From contig CAWGLD010000007.1 of assembly GCA_963823335.1 (NCBI GenBank), positions 1 to 64,000 of the forward strand: a DNA stretch of 64,000 nt, in the 5' to 3' direction. This document shows, piece after piece, positions 1 to 10,663 of this stretch (the first letter of the stretch is position 1; every line of letters begins with the position of its first letter). The stretch comes from an uncultured delta proteobacterium. GTDB lineage: Bacteria > Desulfobacterota > Desulfobacteria > Desulfobacterales > B30-G6. The notes beneath the pieces are model-generated. The model did no database searches. It was not told the DNA's origin and saw only the letters and a list, made by a program, of their open reading frames with translations. Position numbers and translations under genes: made by a program.

Positions 1-79
1 TTTCCTGAGCAAATGCCGGTTGAACTGCAACAAATAACGAGATTATTACAATAAAAAATAGTGCTGTGTTTCTTTTCAT
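1..79 (-). CDS. 5' end of a secreted protein, runs off the window edge
   Basis: Manual translation MKRNTALFFIVIISLFVAVQPAFAQE looks like a Sec signal peptide (AFA|Q); GGAG RBS upstream of the ATG at 79. Confidence 0.7.
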   Translation of the reverse strand, partial: MKRNTALFFIVIISLFVAVQPAFAQE

Positions 80-176
80 GGGACTTCTCCGTTAGATAAT
101 AGCGTTTATCTAATTTGAGTGCCTGACTATCTTTTTCATCATGTTTTCCATTAATGAACCATGACTGAATGCAAAG

Positions 177-1877
177 TTATTTTTTTTCGCCTTTCAGAAG
201 CACGCCAGCACCAGAGTCATCATCAACATGAATGTTTGAAAGACCTGGATTAACTCCAATAGTATGCTCCATCATCCATTTATCTTTATCAACCGGCGTA
301 AACCTTCCTTTGGCTTCTACTGGGAAACGAATTTCCTGTCCTGCATTTATAGGCAGTACTTTACTGTCTTTTACTGCAATAACCCCATTAATAATCACAT
401 AAGGAATACCGGTGGTAGGGAGGCCATTTTCCCCTACTTTATAAGTGGAATGATCGGTTATGGTTTCAGGGTTAAAAATGGTAATGTCTGCAACTTTTCC
501 TATTTGGATTCTTCCTCTTTGCTTCATAGCCTCAAGCCCGGAATTACCAAGGTGTAAAGCTGCCCAATAGCTTGATTGTGCAACCGTAAACATTAAAGGA
601 ACGCCTTGTTCACGAGCCATACGAAAAGATGCACCACGCGTACCAGCCGTTCTGGGATGGCCTCTATATTCTGACCAATCCGCATCCCATGGTAATGATT
701 CTCCATCGGCACCAACACCAACCATGGCATCAGCTCCTATAGTCATATGAGGCATTGCTAAAAAACTACTCATCCAAGGCTTACGGTATGGAAATTCTAC
801 TACAACCGATCTTCCTGGTTCTTTTTTCATCAATGCTGCATAGGTTTCGTTGGTAAGGTATGCATCATCAATAGGGTCGTAGATGGTTTCTTCGTATTTG
901 TAACCACGCTTTTCTACCCATTCAGAAGGTCTCAAGAAATCTGCAGTAATTGCTGTTGCTCCAGCAAGATACGGATAGTATTCAGACCACATATTAAGCC
1001 CTTTGGCACGGGCAAGTTGCAATTTTTCCTCAATTTCCCACCAACCATAATCATTATTATGGCACATTAAAAATGGAGCGTCTAACAACATTGCATTGGT
1101 AAACATCTCATCAAATGCTATTGGCGCTTCGGTAGGTGTATCAGACAATAAATGATATCTTATGTGTGAAGCTGTAAGACGACCATAATTTGCAGCTGCT
1201 TTTTGAGCCATAAAAACTTCGTAACTACTTGTTCCTAAAGTTATGTAAGCTACAGGAGCTGCCATACCTAATGCACCTTGTCTTAGATCTTCATCTAATA
1301 TTTGCAACGTTCTATTCATTTCGTCCAAAGTTGATTTTGTTACTGACCATCCTTGAACTCCATCTTCTGCAGCTTTAGCAATGTATGGTCTTGCAGCAGC
1401 ATAATCCATTTGGCCAACCATGTTCGTTTCAGGGTCATGAATAGCCATTCTTGTCCACAATAAACTTGCAGAAGTACCATAGTTCACTTGCCACCCCGTT
1501 TTTGCTTTTTCATCATACCATTCTTTAACATTGAATGATCCGGCTTCAAGGTCCATCCCAGTAGTTACACCGTCTCGAAGTGCCATTTTACTACCGAAAA
1601 CATCCAATGCATGGTAGTGTGTGTCAATAAACCCAGGAGCAACCACATGCCCTTTAGCATCAATGGTTTCCTTACCTTTAATTCGGGCTTTAGTTATGGC
1701 AACGATTTTCCCGTCTTTGATCCCAATATTTGCTACAGCATCAAACATCGTTTCGGGATCCATGACTCGGCCATTGTTGATGACGAGGTCATAGTCTTGC
1801 GCCAGCGCTGGAATGGCAAAGGTTATTAAGCAAATGAGCAATCCCAGCCCACGAGTTATACGTTTTCCAGTTTTCAT
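177..1877 (-). CDS. Secreted amidohydrolase-superfamily protein (D-aminoacylase-like)
   Basis: Signal peptide, YDLVINNGRVMDPET, PGFIDTHYH metal motif, GRIQIGKVADITIF; AAGGAG RBS. Confidence 0.85.
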   Translation of the reverse strand: MKTGKRITRGLGLLICLITFAIPALAQDYDLVINNGRVMDPETMFDAVANIGIKDGKIVAITKARIKGKETIDAKGHVVAPGFIDTHYHALDVFGSKMALRDGVTTGMDLEAGSFNVKEWYDEKAKTGWQVNYGTSASLLWTRMAIHDPETNMVGQMDYAAARPYIAKAAEDGVQGWSVTKSTLDEMNRTLQILDEDLRQGALGMAAPVAYITLGTSSYEVFMAQKAAANYGRLTASHIRYHLLSDTPTEAPIAFDEMFTNAMLLDAPFLMCHNNDYGWWEIEEKLQLARAKGLNMWSEYYPYLAGATAITADFLRPSEWVEKRGYKYEETIYDPIDDAYLTNETYAALMKKEPGRSVVVEFPYRKPWMSSFLAMPHMTIGADAMVGVGADGESLPWDADWSEYRGHPRTAGTRGASFRMAREQGVPLMFTVAQSSYWAALHLGNSGLEAMKQRGRIQIGKVADITIFNPETITDHSTYKVGENGLPTTGIPYVIINGVIAVKDSKVLPINAGQEIRFPVEAKGRFTPVDKDKWMMEHTIGVNPGLSNIHVDDDSGAGVLLKGEKK

Positions 1878-1905
1878 AATCGTCTCCTTGATTGATAATA
1901 TTTTT

Positions 1906-2161
1906 GGGATCTTCTCCCAATTAGTTGGGAGAAAGGGTCCAAGGGGTCCAGGATTCTAGGATTCAAGCGTTTGTTTTCCTGGAATTTGATCTTTGCGTTC
2001 AGCATTCTGTCGACTTCACCGCTTTGTATATATGCAAACAAAGCTTATATGATTTTTGCCAAACGTTTAACTATTTGCAATTTTAAAGCTTTTTCACTTG
2101 AACCCTGGACCCCTTGAACCCTTGGATCCTGGTTCTTCTCCAACTAATTGGGAGAAGAACC
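1906..2161. mobile_element. Inverted-repeat cassette carrying an internally deleted four-helix-bundle gene remnant
   Basis: About 27-bp terminal inverted repeats (GGATCTTCTCCCAATTAGTTGGGAGAA), inner 8-mer tandem arms, and minus-strand remnants LNVWQKSYKLCLHIYK and GEVDRMLNAKIKFQENKRLNP. Confidence 0.65.
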
Positions 2162-2233
2162 TATTTTTGTAAATTTTGCCGTCCTTCATGATAATAACAA
2201 ATTTGTTATGCGGATCAGCGCCTGCCGGATGTA

Positions 2234-2494
2234 TTACAGACAGGTGACCTCCTCTATGCACAGGTGTAGCTCATAGAGTGTATCCAGCACGCCTTTCAGC
2301 GCGGCTTGATCGGGCAACCCGCCTTCCAGCGTCGACTCGGTCGAAGAGACGGCGACAATTCGCATGCCTCCCAATCGAGCAATCCAGCTTTCGGGCACGA
2401 CACCGCGAACTTTGATTCGGTAAACAGATGGCTTATCCACGACAGGCACCTCGATGTGGTTAAAAGGTTTCAGGAATCTTTCAGAAAAGAGCAA
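2234..2494 (-). CDS. Small hypothetical protein of a type often found next to MalT-like regulators
   Basis: YRIKVRG..W..LGG..TLEG.LPDQAALKGVLDTLYELHL pattern; start uncertain. Confidence 0.65.
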   Translation of the reverse strand: MLFSERFLKPFNHIEVPVVDKPSVYRIKVRGVVPESWIARLGGMRIVAVSSTESTLEGGLPDQAALKGVLDTLYELHLCIEEVTCL

Positions 2495-2620
2495 ACAATC
2501 CTAAAGATTAGAACAGCAGAGTTTCGGTATCTATAAAACTCAATATCCTGGCGAGGAGCGTTTCGATGAAGACTCGATTCTGATTGAACACAAACTATAG
2601 CTGTCCATCCAGCTTGTAAA

Positions 2621-2670
2621 TCATCCAAAAGGAGTATTTTGAAGACAAATGGCCTACTCCTTTCGGAGTA
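2621..2670. promoter_or_regulatory. Two LuxR/NarL-like operator boxes
   Basis: TCATCCAAAAGGAGTA (2621-2636) and palindromic TACTCCTTTCGGAGTA (2655-2670), directly downstream of the LuxR-HTH regulator gene. Confidence 0.45.
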
Positions 2671-2800
2671 TGGGGCCTTGGCAAAGCGGCGGTGTGGGTA
2701 CAGTGGGCACTGGAATGGAAAACACCAATGACAAAAGTGGCCTATTGGACGGGTGTCGCTCTCCTGAGACCAATTATCTTGTGGCCGGGCGCGGGTGGGG

Positions 2801-5524
2801 TTATTTATCGATGAGGATACCGATCTGGCGGGATTTTTTTACCGCTTCGAAGCGGTTTCTGGTATTCAGTTTTTTGTAGATGTTTTGCAGATGGGTCTTA
2901 ACCGTTACTGGAGCGATACGCAGCCTTGCGGCGATTTTCCGGTTGCTCAGTCCCTGCGCCAACAGTGGAAGAATTTCGATCTCCCGCCGGGTGAGAACAG
3001 TATTTGGGGGGGGCTCAGAAATCCGTGGTTGGGTTGTCGCGTCCAATTCTAAGGATGCTTTTTTGCTGTGCTCCGCCTGACAAGCTTTCAGAACGTGTTG
3101 TGCATAGGTTTGTCCGGTTTGTTGTTGAATGAGGCAGTCCAGCAGTTCCTTCATCTCCATTCCCAGATCCACAAACGTTCGAATCCAATTACCAGGTTCG
3201 GCCAGGTCCAGGGCGGTCTGGAGGTTTTGAAGGGCCGCGGTTTCATCCTTTAATTTGTGGCAGACAAGGGCCAGCAAGGCCAAAATCTCGATGCGAACGC
3301 TTTTGCGATTAATTCGGCGCATCCGTTCCTCTAATTGGATGAGCCGGCTGTGTGCTTCTTGAAGATTATCGTGCGTGCCTCTATCCAGCAGGCATTTGAT
3401 GGGGGTGAGTTGCGGGATATAGAGAAACCACATCGGCTCTCGGACATTGAAATCAGCTTGCTGGGCGATATGCCACGCCTTTTGGGCATCTCCTCGGCGT
3501 AGCGCGAATTCCGCTTCAAATGCTTGGATAATGGACAGTACCGTTGTGTGGTTGTTTTCCCGGCAATGCGCTCCGATTTGGTCAAGCAAGCGATCGGCGG
3601 CGGCCTCATTTCCATGCTGGAGGTAAATATACGCCAGGATGAAACCGGCGTAGGCCACATATGATGGATTGGCTGCCTGTCGATCAACCACCACCTTCAG
3701 CAAGCTGGATTTAGCTGCTTCAGTTTGATTTTGCAGGTATTGTGCGGCACCGAGAATGTAATCGGCAAAGGTCCGGGTGTGGACAAAGGAAAGATTCCGG
3801 ATGGTTCTTAGGCATTCCACCGCGGCGGTCATCGATCCGGACAGGTCGGCGTCTAGGTATAGGACGATGGCAAGAGAAAAATGCAGTCTTGCCCTCAGAT
3901 TGGCTGGCCAGGTCGGATCCGACAGGGCCTCTTCGATCACAGCAACAGCCTGTTGTCTGTTCCCCATCATCTGTTGACAGAGGGCGATGGCAATAATCCC
4001 CAAAGACCTGATCATCAGGGCATTGTCCGGGATATACTCATAGGCTTCTTGTACCCGAGCCAGAACGGTCTCCGCAACGCCGGTCATCAGTTCGACAAGG
4101 CCTTGCAGCATCAGCACTTCGCCTTTCAGCTCATAATAAGCCTCAGCTTCCGGCGAAATCTCTGCAAGCATCTCTATCGCTTTTTGTGTGAACACATAAG
4201 CGTTCACATCATTTCCCAGGTCGATCCCGATAAAAGCTCGGGTGCTCGCCAATAGGGGTTCCTCCGCAACGACGTTCTCAGGCAATCGGGCCAGCAAGCC
4301 CTGCAAACGGAAGTACTGAGAGTGGTTCATCAACGCATGGCGATGGTCGAGGATCAACTGTATTGCTGCCGAAGTATCACCGACGGCCAGCAGGTGATCG
4401 ATTGCCTCTTCGATTAAGCCGTTTTCGTTAAACCAACGGCCGGCACCTCGATGCAGGCCGGCGATCCGATCCTTGGTATACTGTTTGTACAGCACCCCTT
4501 TGAGAAAATCATGAAAAAGATGGTGATACCGAAACCAATACCTCTCGTTGTCCAGGGCTATGACAAACAGTTTGGTGTCTGCCAGCCTCTGGATAAACTG
4601 TTCTGCCCCAACTTCCGATTTTTCGTCGTGTCCGTGGCTTCCTATTAGGTGCATTTGGTGGCACAAGGGAGCACAGAAGCGATTCAGGATTGAGGTCTCA
4701 AGCAGATAGGAGACCATTTCAGGATGCTGGCGGGACAAAACTTCGGCAAATAAATACTCGGCAATGTGCCTTGAGTTTCCGCTCAATTGCTGTAAAGACC
4801 GTTTCAGATCTTTCTGACCTTGCAGATAGAGTCCGGCCAGCCGCAACCCCGTAGCCCACCCTTCGGTTTTGATTTCCAGGAGGGCGGCCGTGGTTTCATC
4901 AACCACGACATTGAGCATCCGGCTCAGGAATGCCGCCGCTTCGTCGGGAGTAAATCGCAAATTGGACGCACGGATCTCTGTCACCAGCCCGCGGCCCCGC
5001 ATGGTGGCGATCGGCAGTGAAGGGTCTTGCCGTGTCAGCAGTACCAGATGCATGCCCTGTGGAGGATAAGCCAGAAACTCATCCAGCAAGTCGTTTACGG
5101 GGGATCCTCTTTGAATGCGGTGATAATCATCCAGCACGAGGTTGAAAGGCTCGGATATCTGATAAAGATCATTCAGCAAGTGGCGCGCCAAGTCTGCCGC
5201 AGGGGGCATTTGTGAGGTTTCCAGTATCGCCTCGGTCCGAAAGTCTGTTCTGGGAAACAGTGTCTGAATGGCAGCCAGAACATAGCTCAGAAACATGCGC
5301 ATGTCACTGTCGCTCTCTTCCAGAGATACCCACGCGTAAGGGTAATCGCATCCCGCTACCCATCGGCTGGCTAGGGTGCTCTTGCCGTAGCCGGCCGCGG
5401 CCGAGATCAATGTCAAGGGCCGGTAAAGCCCCGCATTAAGCCGATCCAGAAGGCGGTCCCGCGGCACAATATCCGGCGCCACTGATGGCCGTTGCAATTT
5501 GGTGTATATAATATTTTGTTTCAC
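2801..5524 (-). CDS. MalT-like STAND ATPase / LuxR-family transcriptional regulator
   Basis: TKLQRP..VPRDRLL, Walker A AAAGYGKST, LVLDDYH, WFRYHHLF, C-terminal LuxR HTH (LTRRE..GLSNRKIA..TVKTHLQNIYKKL). Confidence 0.92.
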   Translation of the reverse strand: MKQNIIYTKLQRPSVAPDIVPRDRLLDRLNAGLYRPLTLISAAAGYGKSTLASRWVAGCDYPYAWVSLEESDSDMRMFLSYVLAAIQTLFPRTDFRTEAILETSQMPPAADLARHLLNDLYQISEPFNLVLDDYHRIQRGSPVNDLLDEFLAYPPQGMHLVLLTRQDPSLPIATMRGRGLVTEIRASNLRFTPDEAAAFLSRMLNVVVDETTAALLEIKTEGWATGLRLAGLYLQGQKDLKRSLQQLSGNSRHIAEYLFAEVLSRQHPEMVSYLLETSILNRFCAPLCHQMHLIGSHGHDEKSEVGAEQFIQRLADTKLFVIALDNERYWFRYHHLFHDFLKGVLYKQYTKDRIAGLHRGAGRWFNENGLIEEAIDHLLAVGDTSAAIQLILDHRHALMNHSQYFRLQGLLARLPENVVAEEPLLASTRAFIGIDLGNDVNAYVFTQKAIEMLAEISPEAEAYYELKGEVLMLQGLVELMTGVAETVLARVQEAYEYIPDNALMIRSLGIIAIALCQQMMGNRQQAVAVIEEALSDPTWPANLRARLHFSLAIVLYLDADLSGSMTAAVECLRTIRNLSFVHTRTFADYILGAAQYLQNQTEAAKSSLLKVVVDRQAANPSYVAYAGFILAYIYLQHGNEAAADRLLDQIGAHCRENNHTTVLSIIQAFEAEFALRRGDAQKAWHIAQQADFNVREPMWFLYIPQLTPIKCLLDRGTHDNLQEAHSRLIQLEERMRRINRKSVRIEILALLALVCHKLKDETAALQNLQTALDLAEPGNWIRTFVDLGMEMKELLDCLIQQQTGQTYAQHVLKACQAEHSKKASLELDATTQPRISEPPPNTVLTRREIEILPLLAQGLSNRKIAARLRIAPVTVKTHLQNIYKKLNTRNRFEAVKKSRQIGILIDK

Positions 5525-5847
5525 ACAGAGGGTCTCCCATAAAAGCTGAAACCGGGGTGATCCCCGCCAAAGATCAAAAACGGTAATTGTATCAGTATAA
5601 TGGGAAAGATACAGATAATCAAGGCAGACGTTTGGTTGATTTCAACTCGTAGTTCCAACCATATACATGCAATCAAATTCTATAGCTTTGATCTTTCTTA
5701 CAGAAATGTAATCCGAACGACTTTATGATTGAACCTCAGATTCTCATTGATCAGACGAAAATGACGAAATCACAACCGCTAAAGAGAGTGCGCCCATATT
5801 AGACTCCTTTCTGTAGTGGTTGAATAATGATTTACATCTATTCACCA

Positions 5848-5998
5848 ACCTGCCCATGATCTGCCGTTTCATATGGGCATCGGCATTGTCTTCGCCTACA
5901 TTGTGACGATACTGCGAAACAGGTGCGTGGGGTGCCAGCTTCTCCAGCCACACCTCGTAATCCGCATGTAAACCGGACTCATCATCATTGATAAAAAC
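5848..5998 (-). pseudogene. yjbQ: Internal fragment of a YjbQ/UPF0047-family gene
   Basis: [44 protein letters not shown]; both ends missing and the 5' side replaced by repeats. Confidence 0.75.
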
Positions 5999-6002
5999 GA
6001 AT

Positions 6003-6059
6003 GAACATCGAACATCCAACGTCGAATATTGAACTGAAAAAGCGAGCGCATTCCCCGTA
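6003..6059. repeat. 7-mer tandem repeat plus a truncated family-A end
   Basis: GAACATC GAACATC CAACGTC GAATATT; 6030-6059 is a 29/30 reverse complement of 6277-6306. Confidence 0.75.
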
Positions 6060-6163
6060 TGACAAGCCAAGACGTCTTGCTATTGGACAATTTGTATCAG
6101 ACGACTGTACACATTTCAACCAAAGCGTTCCTTGCGTCCATGGCAAATATCGCATATAAATAA

Positions 6164-6306
6164 ATTGAAGAACCTCGCAGCAAGCTACGAGGAATCTTCG
6201 ACCGTAAGGAATTCTGTCTAATATAGATTCGCTCGCTAACCCCGCAGCATGCGAAGCACTGCCGAACGGCAGAACCTACGGGGAATGCGCTCGCTTTTTC
6301 GGTTCA
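6164..6306 (+). repeat. Family-A 143-bp palindromic REP/MITE-like element
   Basis: Near-identical reverse-complement copy at 11679-11821; internal hairpins around GCAGCAAGCTAC-type palindromes. Confidence 0.85.
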
Positions 6307-6329
6307 TTTTTTAGATATAGAATAAGGTT

Positions 6330-9300
6330 ATGCTTTTGAAAAACATCCCCAAACAATTGAACCGCTTGAGTGCGATGCTGTCGGAGGCCATGTTGGCAGA
6401 TCGTGCCCCGGTCATGCGCCAAATGAGAAAAGCACGTCAGTTGCTCAAGAAAGGTGCCTCCATACCGGATCTCAAACAAGTGCTTGATTCCATTGAAAAG
6501 CATATCAACACGTCTATTCACTTAAAAAACAACCGGCGTGATCGGCTTCCATCTACAGGAGAAATGCCGTCTCTGCCCATATGGAGTAAAAGAGACGCCA
6601 TCATCCAGGCCATTAAAGACAACCCGGTCGTCATTGTCTCTGGTGAAACCGGGTCCGGGAAAACAACCCAGATTCCAAAGTTCTGTCTGGCGGCCGGCAG
6701 GGGTATTGAGGGTTTAATTGGCTGTACACAACCGAGACGCATCGCCGCTATCACCGTATCGAAACGCATTGCGGAAGAATTAGGCGAAAGTATTGGACAA
6801 TCGGTTGGATATAAAATTCGTTTCAAGGACGAGACAGGCTCCGGAACGTATATCAAGGTCATGACGGACGGTATTTTACTAGCTGAAACCCAGGGTGACC
6901 CTTATCTGAACATGTACGATACCATCATCGTCGACGAAGCCCATGAAAGAAGCCTCAATATCGACTTTGTGCTGGGTATCCTGAAAACCCTTCTCAAAAA
7001 AAGAAGAGATCTGAAACTCATCATCACATCGGCAACCATCGACACCTTGAAATTCTCAAAGGCCTTTGGCAATGCGCCGGTCATTGAAGTCTCAGGCAGA
7101 ACGTACCCGGTGGAAACACGCTATCTGCCATCCAGTGCAATAAAAAAAAGTAACGGAGATCCAAGCCATATCGAGCTGGCTGTGGATGCCGTTGTAAAGC
7201 TGATGCACGAAAGCTCCCGCGGCGATATCCTGACTTTTTTACCTACGGAACAGGATATTCGTGAAACCTGTGATATGCTTTTGGGCCGCAAACTGAAGCA
7301 TGTTCAGATCATGCCCTTATTTGCCAGATTATCCGCGTCCGAACAGCAAAGCGTGTTCAAGCATTCCAAAAATAGAAAAATCATCGTTGCCACCAACATT
7401 GCCGAAACATCCATTACCATTCCCGGTATCCGGTACGTGGTCGATACCGGGCTCGCACGAATATCTCAGTATACACCCAGGTCGCGTATCACCGCCCTCC
7501 CGGTAGTGCCCATATCACAAAGCAGCGCAGACCAGAGAAAAGGGCGTTGTGGCCGCATGGAAAACGGTGTCTGTATCCGGCTCTTCTCCGAAGAGGATTT
7601 TCTTCTGCGCCCCCTTTATACCAAGCCCGAAATTCTTCGATCGAACCTGGCCGAAGTTATTCTCAGAATGCTCTTTCTCAAACTTGGAAGTGTAAACCGA
7701 TTCCCATTTGTCGATCCGCCCCATGAAAAAAGTATCCAGGATGGCTTCAAACTCCTGCTGGAACTCGGCGCCATCAAGCGCCGTAAAAGGCAAGCCCAAT
7801 GCCCTCCCCGAGAACACGTCTCCTCTGAAGTTTCCAAAGGGACATCCGATACCTTACGGTCTGAATATGAACTGACTCCCATTGGCCGCATCATGGCCAA
7901 GATGCCCGTCGACCCCAGGCTTTCCCGCATTATCATCGAGGCTGACACACGAAACTGTCTTCGCGAAATTGCCATTATTGCCTCGGCGTTGAGCATCCAG
8001 GATCCAAGAGAAAGACCGCTGGAAAAGGAGGCTGAGGCCGATGAAGCTCATGGCCAGTTCAAGGATCCACAATCGGACTTTTTGACGCTCCTCAATATCT
8101 GGCATGCCTGCTGGAAGCTCACCCAAAAAAAAGGCTCCTTACAGTCATTGAAAAAGTTCTGCCAAGCCGGCTTTATTTCCTTCAGACGCATGCGGGAATG
8201 GCAGGATATCTACAATCAGCTTACCTCGATCCTCAGGGAAAACAGATTTCACTTAAACAAAGGCAGAGGTCCTGTCTCGTCCATAGCGGGAGAGCCTTTC
8301 AGCCAGTACTATATCGATATTCACAAATCGATCCTCAGTGGGTTTCTATCGAATATCGCTCAGAAAAAGGAAAAGCATTACTTCAAGGCCGCCAGGGACA
8401 GGGAGGTCATGATTTTTCCAGGGTCGGGACTCTTTGACAAGCCCGGTTCGTGGATCGTTGCTGCCGAAATGATAGAAACCTCAAGACTCTTTGCCAGATC
8501 CTGTGCCAATATCGACAGTGCTTGGCTGGAAGAACTGGGCGCAGACCAATGCCGGCACACCTACCTCAATGCCCGGTGGTCCCGCAAACAGGGCGCTGTC
8601 ATAGCCGATGAGCAGGTCTCGCTTTTCGGTCTTATTGTCGTACCCAAACGTGTGGCTCACTATGGCGATGTGAATCCTGCAGAAGCCGGTGATCTTTTCA
8701 TACGCCAGGCCTTGATCCCCGGAGAAATAGACCCCCGCTTTCCATTCCTTACCCACAATCTGAAAATTGAACGGATCGTCCAGGACATGGAAAGCCGCAT
8801 CCGCCGCAGGGATATCCGGGTGAACGATGAAGAGATCTTCTGTTTTTACCAGAAACACCTCCCCCGGGTGCACGATGTCCGGACACTGAAAAACATCATT
8901 CGCAAAAAAGGGACCGACCGCTTCCTGATGCTGAAGCAGGAGGATTTCATGCGCTATGAACCTGATTCTGAGGAATTGATCGGTTATCCGGAATCCATCA
9001 GATTCGGAGAGCAATCGTTCCCCCTCAAATACCAGTTTGAAACAGGTAAAGAACATGACGGGGTTACCTTAAACGTTCCGGCCCCGCTGACAGATGCTAT
9101 AGCACCTGAACAGACAGAGTGGTTGATTCCTGGGTTGTTCAGGGAAAAAATAGAAACACTTATCAAAGCACTTCCCAAACACTATCGCAAAAAACTGGTC
9201 CCGATTTCAGCCACCCTTCAAACCATTGTGGATGAAATGCCCCGCGCCAACAGCTCTCTGGCCTCTGCCCTCAGCCGATTTCTTTACACCCGTGCGGGTG

Positions 9301-10370
9301 TCGATATTCCTGCCAACGCCTGGCCGGTAGAATCCCTGCCTGATCATCTTAAAATGAGAATTGCCATCACCGATTCCCAGAAAAAGATTGTAATGGCCGG
9401 ACGGGACATCGCGCATCTGAAAAAAAAACTTGTCAAAAAACCCGATCCCGATGAACTGGTTTCGGCTAAAAACCAGTGGGAGAAAAAAGGTCTCGCGAAA
9501 TGGGATTTTGGCGATATACCCGAATCCATCACCTTGACGGATAAGCACCACGCCCGCTGGGTTCTCTATCCGGGTCTCGAGGTTCGCGATAAAGATCTCC
9601 GTTTGAGTCTTTTTGCCGACAGGACCAAGGCCGTAATGTCACACAAAAAAGGCGTGGCCTTTCTCTTTACAAAATCGCTCTCAAAAGAGCTCAAGTTTCT
9701 TAAGATAAATCTTCGCCTGCTACCGGTGTTCAAAAAGCAGGCCATCTATTTTGGCGGCTGCAAAGTCCTTGAGCAGGAACTGTATCAACAGCTTATCGAC
9801 ACGCAGTTTCAGATAAACATACGTAAGCAGGCGCAGTTTTATGCCAGGGTGGAAAAATTTGAAAAAGAAGGCATTCACCTCATGGGCCAGGATCTGCTCG
9901 AGAAAACAACCCAGGTTCTGAATGCAGTGTATACTGCCCGGACAGCGATTCATCAACTTGAAACAAGCAATCTCAAAAACAGCAGACTCGTTGAGTTTCT
10001 GTCCGATTTAAAAAATGATATGTCGCGTCTCGTTCCCCGCCACTTTGTAAGACTCTATGACAGTGAGCGCCTGACACACATCGTTCGATACATAAAAGGC
10101 ATGCAGATACGTGCACAAAGGGCTGTGGTCAATTTTGAAAAAGATCGCATCAGAGAAAAGACCGTATCCGGCTTTACATCCAAGTTGAATACACTCGTAA
10201 TGGATCTGTCTGCAGGTGCCGGGCAGGAAAAGCGAGAGGCCATCGAAGCGCTTTTCTGGCTCCTGGAAGAGTACAAGGTGTCCTTGTTTGCCCAGGAGTT
10301 GAAAACAGCTATCCGTGTTTCCGAAAAGAAATTAAGGGATGCCATCAGGGAGATTGAAAGGATGGTGTGA
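6330..10370 (+). CDS. hrpA: ATP-dependent RNA helicase HrpA
   Basis: GETGSGKTTQ, TQPRRIAA, DEAHERS, SAT, QRKGRCGR and the C-terminal EEYKVSLFAQEL region. Confidence 0.96.
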   Translation: MLLKNIPKQLNRLSAMLSEAMLADRAPVMRQMRKARQLLKKGASIPDLKQVLDSIEKHINTSIHLKNNRRDRLPSTGEMPSLPIWSKRDAIIQAIKDNPVVIVSGETGSGKTTQIPKFCLAAGRGIEGLIGCTQPRRIAAITVSKRIAEELGESIGQSVGYKIRFKDETGSGTYIKVMTDGILLAETQGDPYLNMYDTIIVDEAHERSLNIDFVLGILKTLLKKRRDLKLIITSATIDTLKFSKAFGNAPVIEVSGRTYPVETRYLPSSAIKKSNGDPSHIELAVDAVVKLMHESSRGDILTFLPTEQDIRETCDMLLGRKLKHVQIMPLFARLSASEQQSVFKHSKNRKIIVATNIAETSITIPGIRYVVDTGLARISQYTPRSRITALPVVPISQSSADQRKGRCGRMENGVCIRLFSEEDFLLRPLYTKPEILRSNLAEVILRMLFLKLGSVNRFPFVDPPHEKSIQDGFKLLLELGAIKRRKRQAQCPPREHVSSEVSKGTSDTLRSEYELTPIGRIMAKMPVDPRLSRIIIEADTRNCLREIAIIASALSIQDPRERPLEKEAEADEAHGQFKDPQSDFLTLLNIWHACWKLTQKKGSLQSLKKFCQAGFISFRRMREWQDIYNQLTSILRENRFHLNKGRGPVSSIAGEPFSQYYIDIHKSILSGFLSNIAQKKEKHYFKAARDREVMIFPGSGLFDKPGSWIVAAEMIETSRLFARSCANIDSAWLEELGADQCRHTYLNARWSRKQGAVIADEQVSLFGLIVVPKRVAHYGDVNPAEAGDLFIRQALIPGEIDPRFPFLTHNLKIERIVQDMESRIRRRDIRVNDEEIFCFYQKHLPRVHDVRTLKNIIRKKGTDRFLMLKQEDFMRYEPDSEELIGYPESIRFGEQSFPLKYQFETGKEHDGVTLNVPAPLTDAIAPEQTEWLIPGLFREKIETLIKALPKHYRKKLVPISATLQTIVDEMPRANSSLASALSRFLYTRAGVDIPANAWPVESLPDHLKMRIAITDSQKKIVMAGRDIAHLKKKLVKKPDPDELVSAKNQWEKKGLAKWDFGDIPESITLTDKHHARWVLYPGLEVRDKDLRLSLFADRTKAVMSHKKGVAFLFTKSLSKELKFLKINLRLLPVFKKQAIYFGGCKVLEQELYQQLIDTQFQINIRKQAQFYARVEKFEKEGIHLMGQDLLEKTTQVLNAVYTARTAIHQLETSNLKNSRLVEFLSDLKNDMSRLVPRHFVRLYDSERLTHIVRYIKGMQIRAQRAVVNFEKDRIREKTVSGFTSKLNTLVMDLSAGAGQEKREAIEALFWLLEEYKVSLFAQELKTAIRVSEKKLRDAIREIERMV

Positions 10371-10480
10371 AGGATCTGGAGGGTAATAGGATTCGAGGAT
10401 GATACAAGGGTTCGCGGGTAGCTGACGGCTATCAGCGGATAGCAGCATCCCAGCCTCCAAGCATCCTGGCTTCCCAGCAT
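10369..10480. repeat. Family-D modular repeat
   Basis: Core GATACAAGGGTTCGCGGGTAGCTGA shared with the copies near 15.9, 18.0, 22.5 and 45.3 kb. Confidence 0.6.
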
Positions 10481-10663
10481 AAAAGGATCCAACGTTTCGA
10501 GGGGCCACGTGCTTGTTTTCCGTTCGATTGGGATAGGACGCCGCCACTTGAACTTGAAGCCTTGACACGGACTATTTTTGTTCTATGTTTTTTACATTTC
10601 AACATAAATAAGTGTTATGGATTGGTTTGAACCGGTTTCTCAACAATTGAAAGGGGATATTAA

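Noticed and set aside
5744-6070. 108-aa intact ORF
   Set aside because: A chimera of repeat-derived sequence, a yjbQ fragment and unrelated tail sequence.
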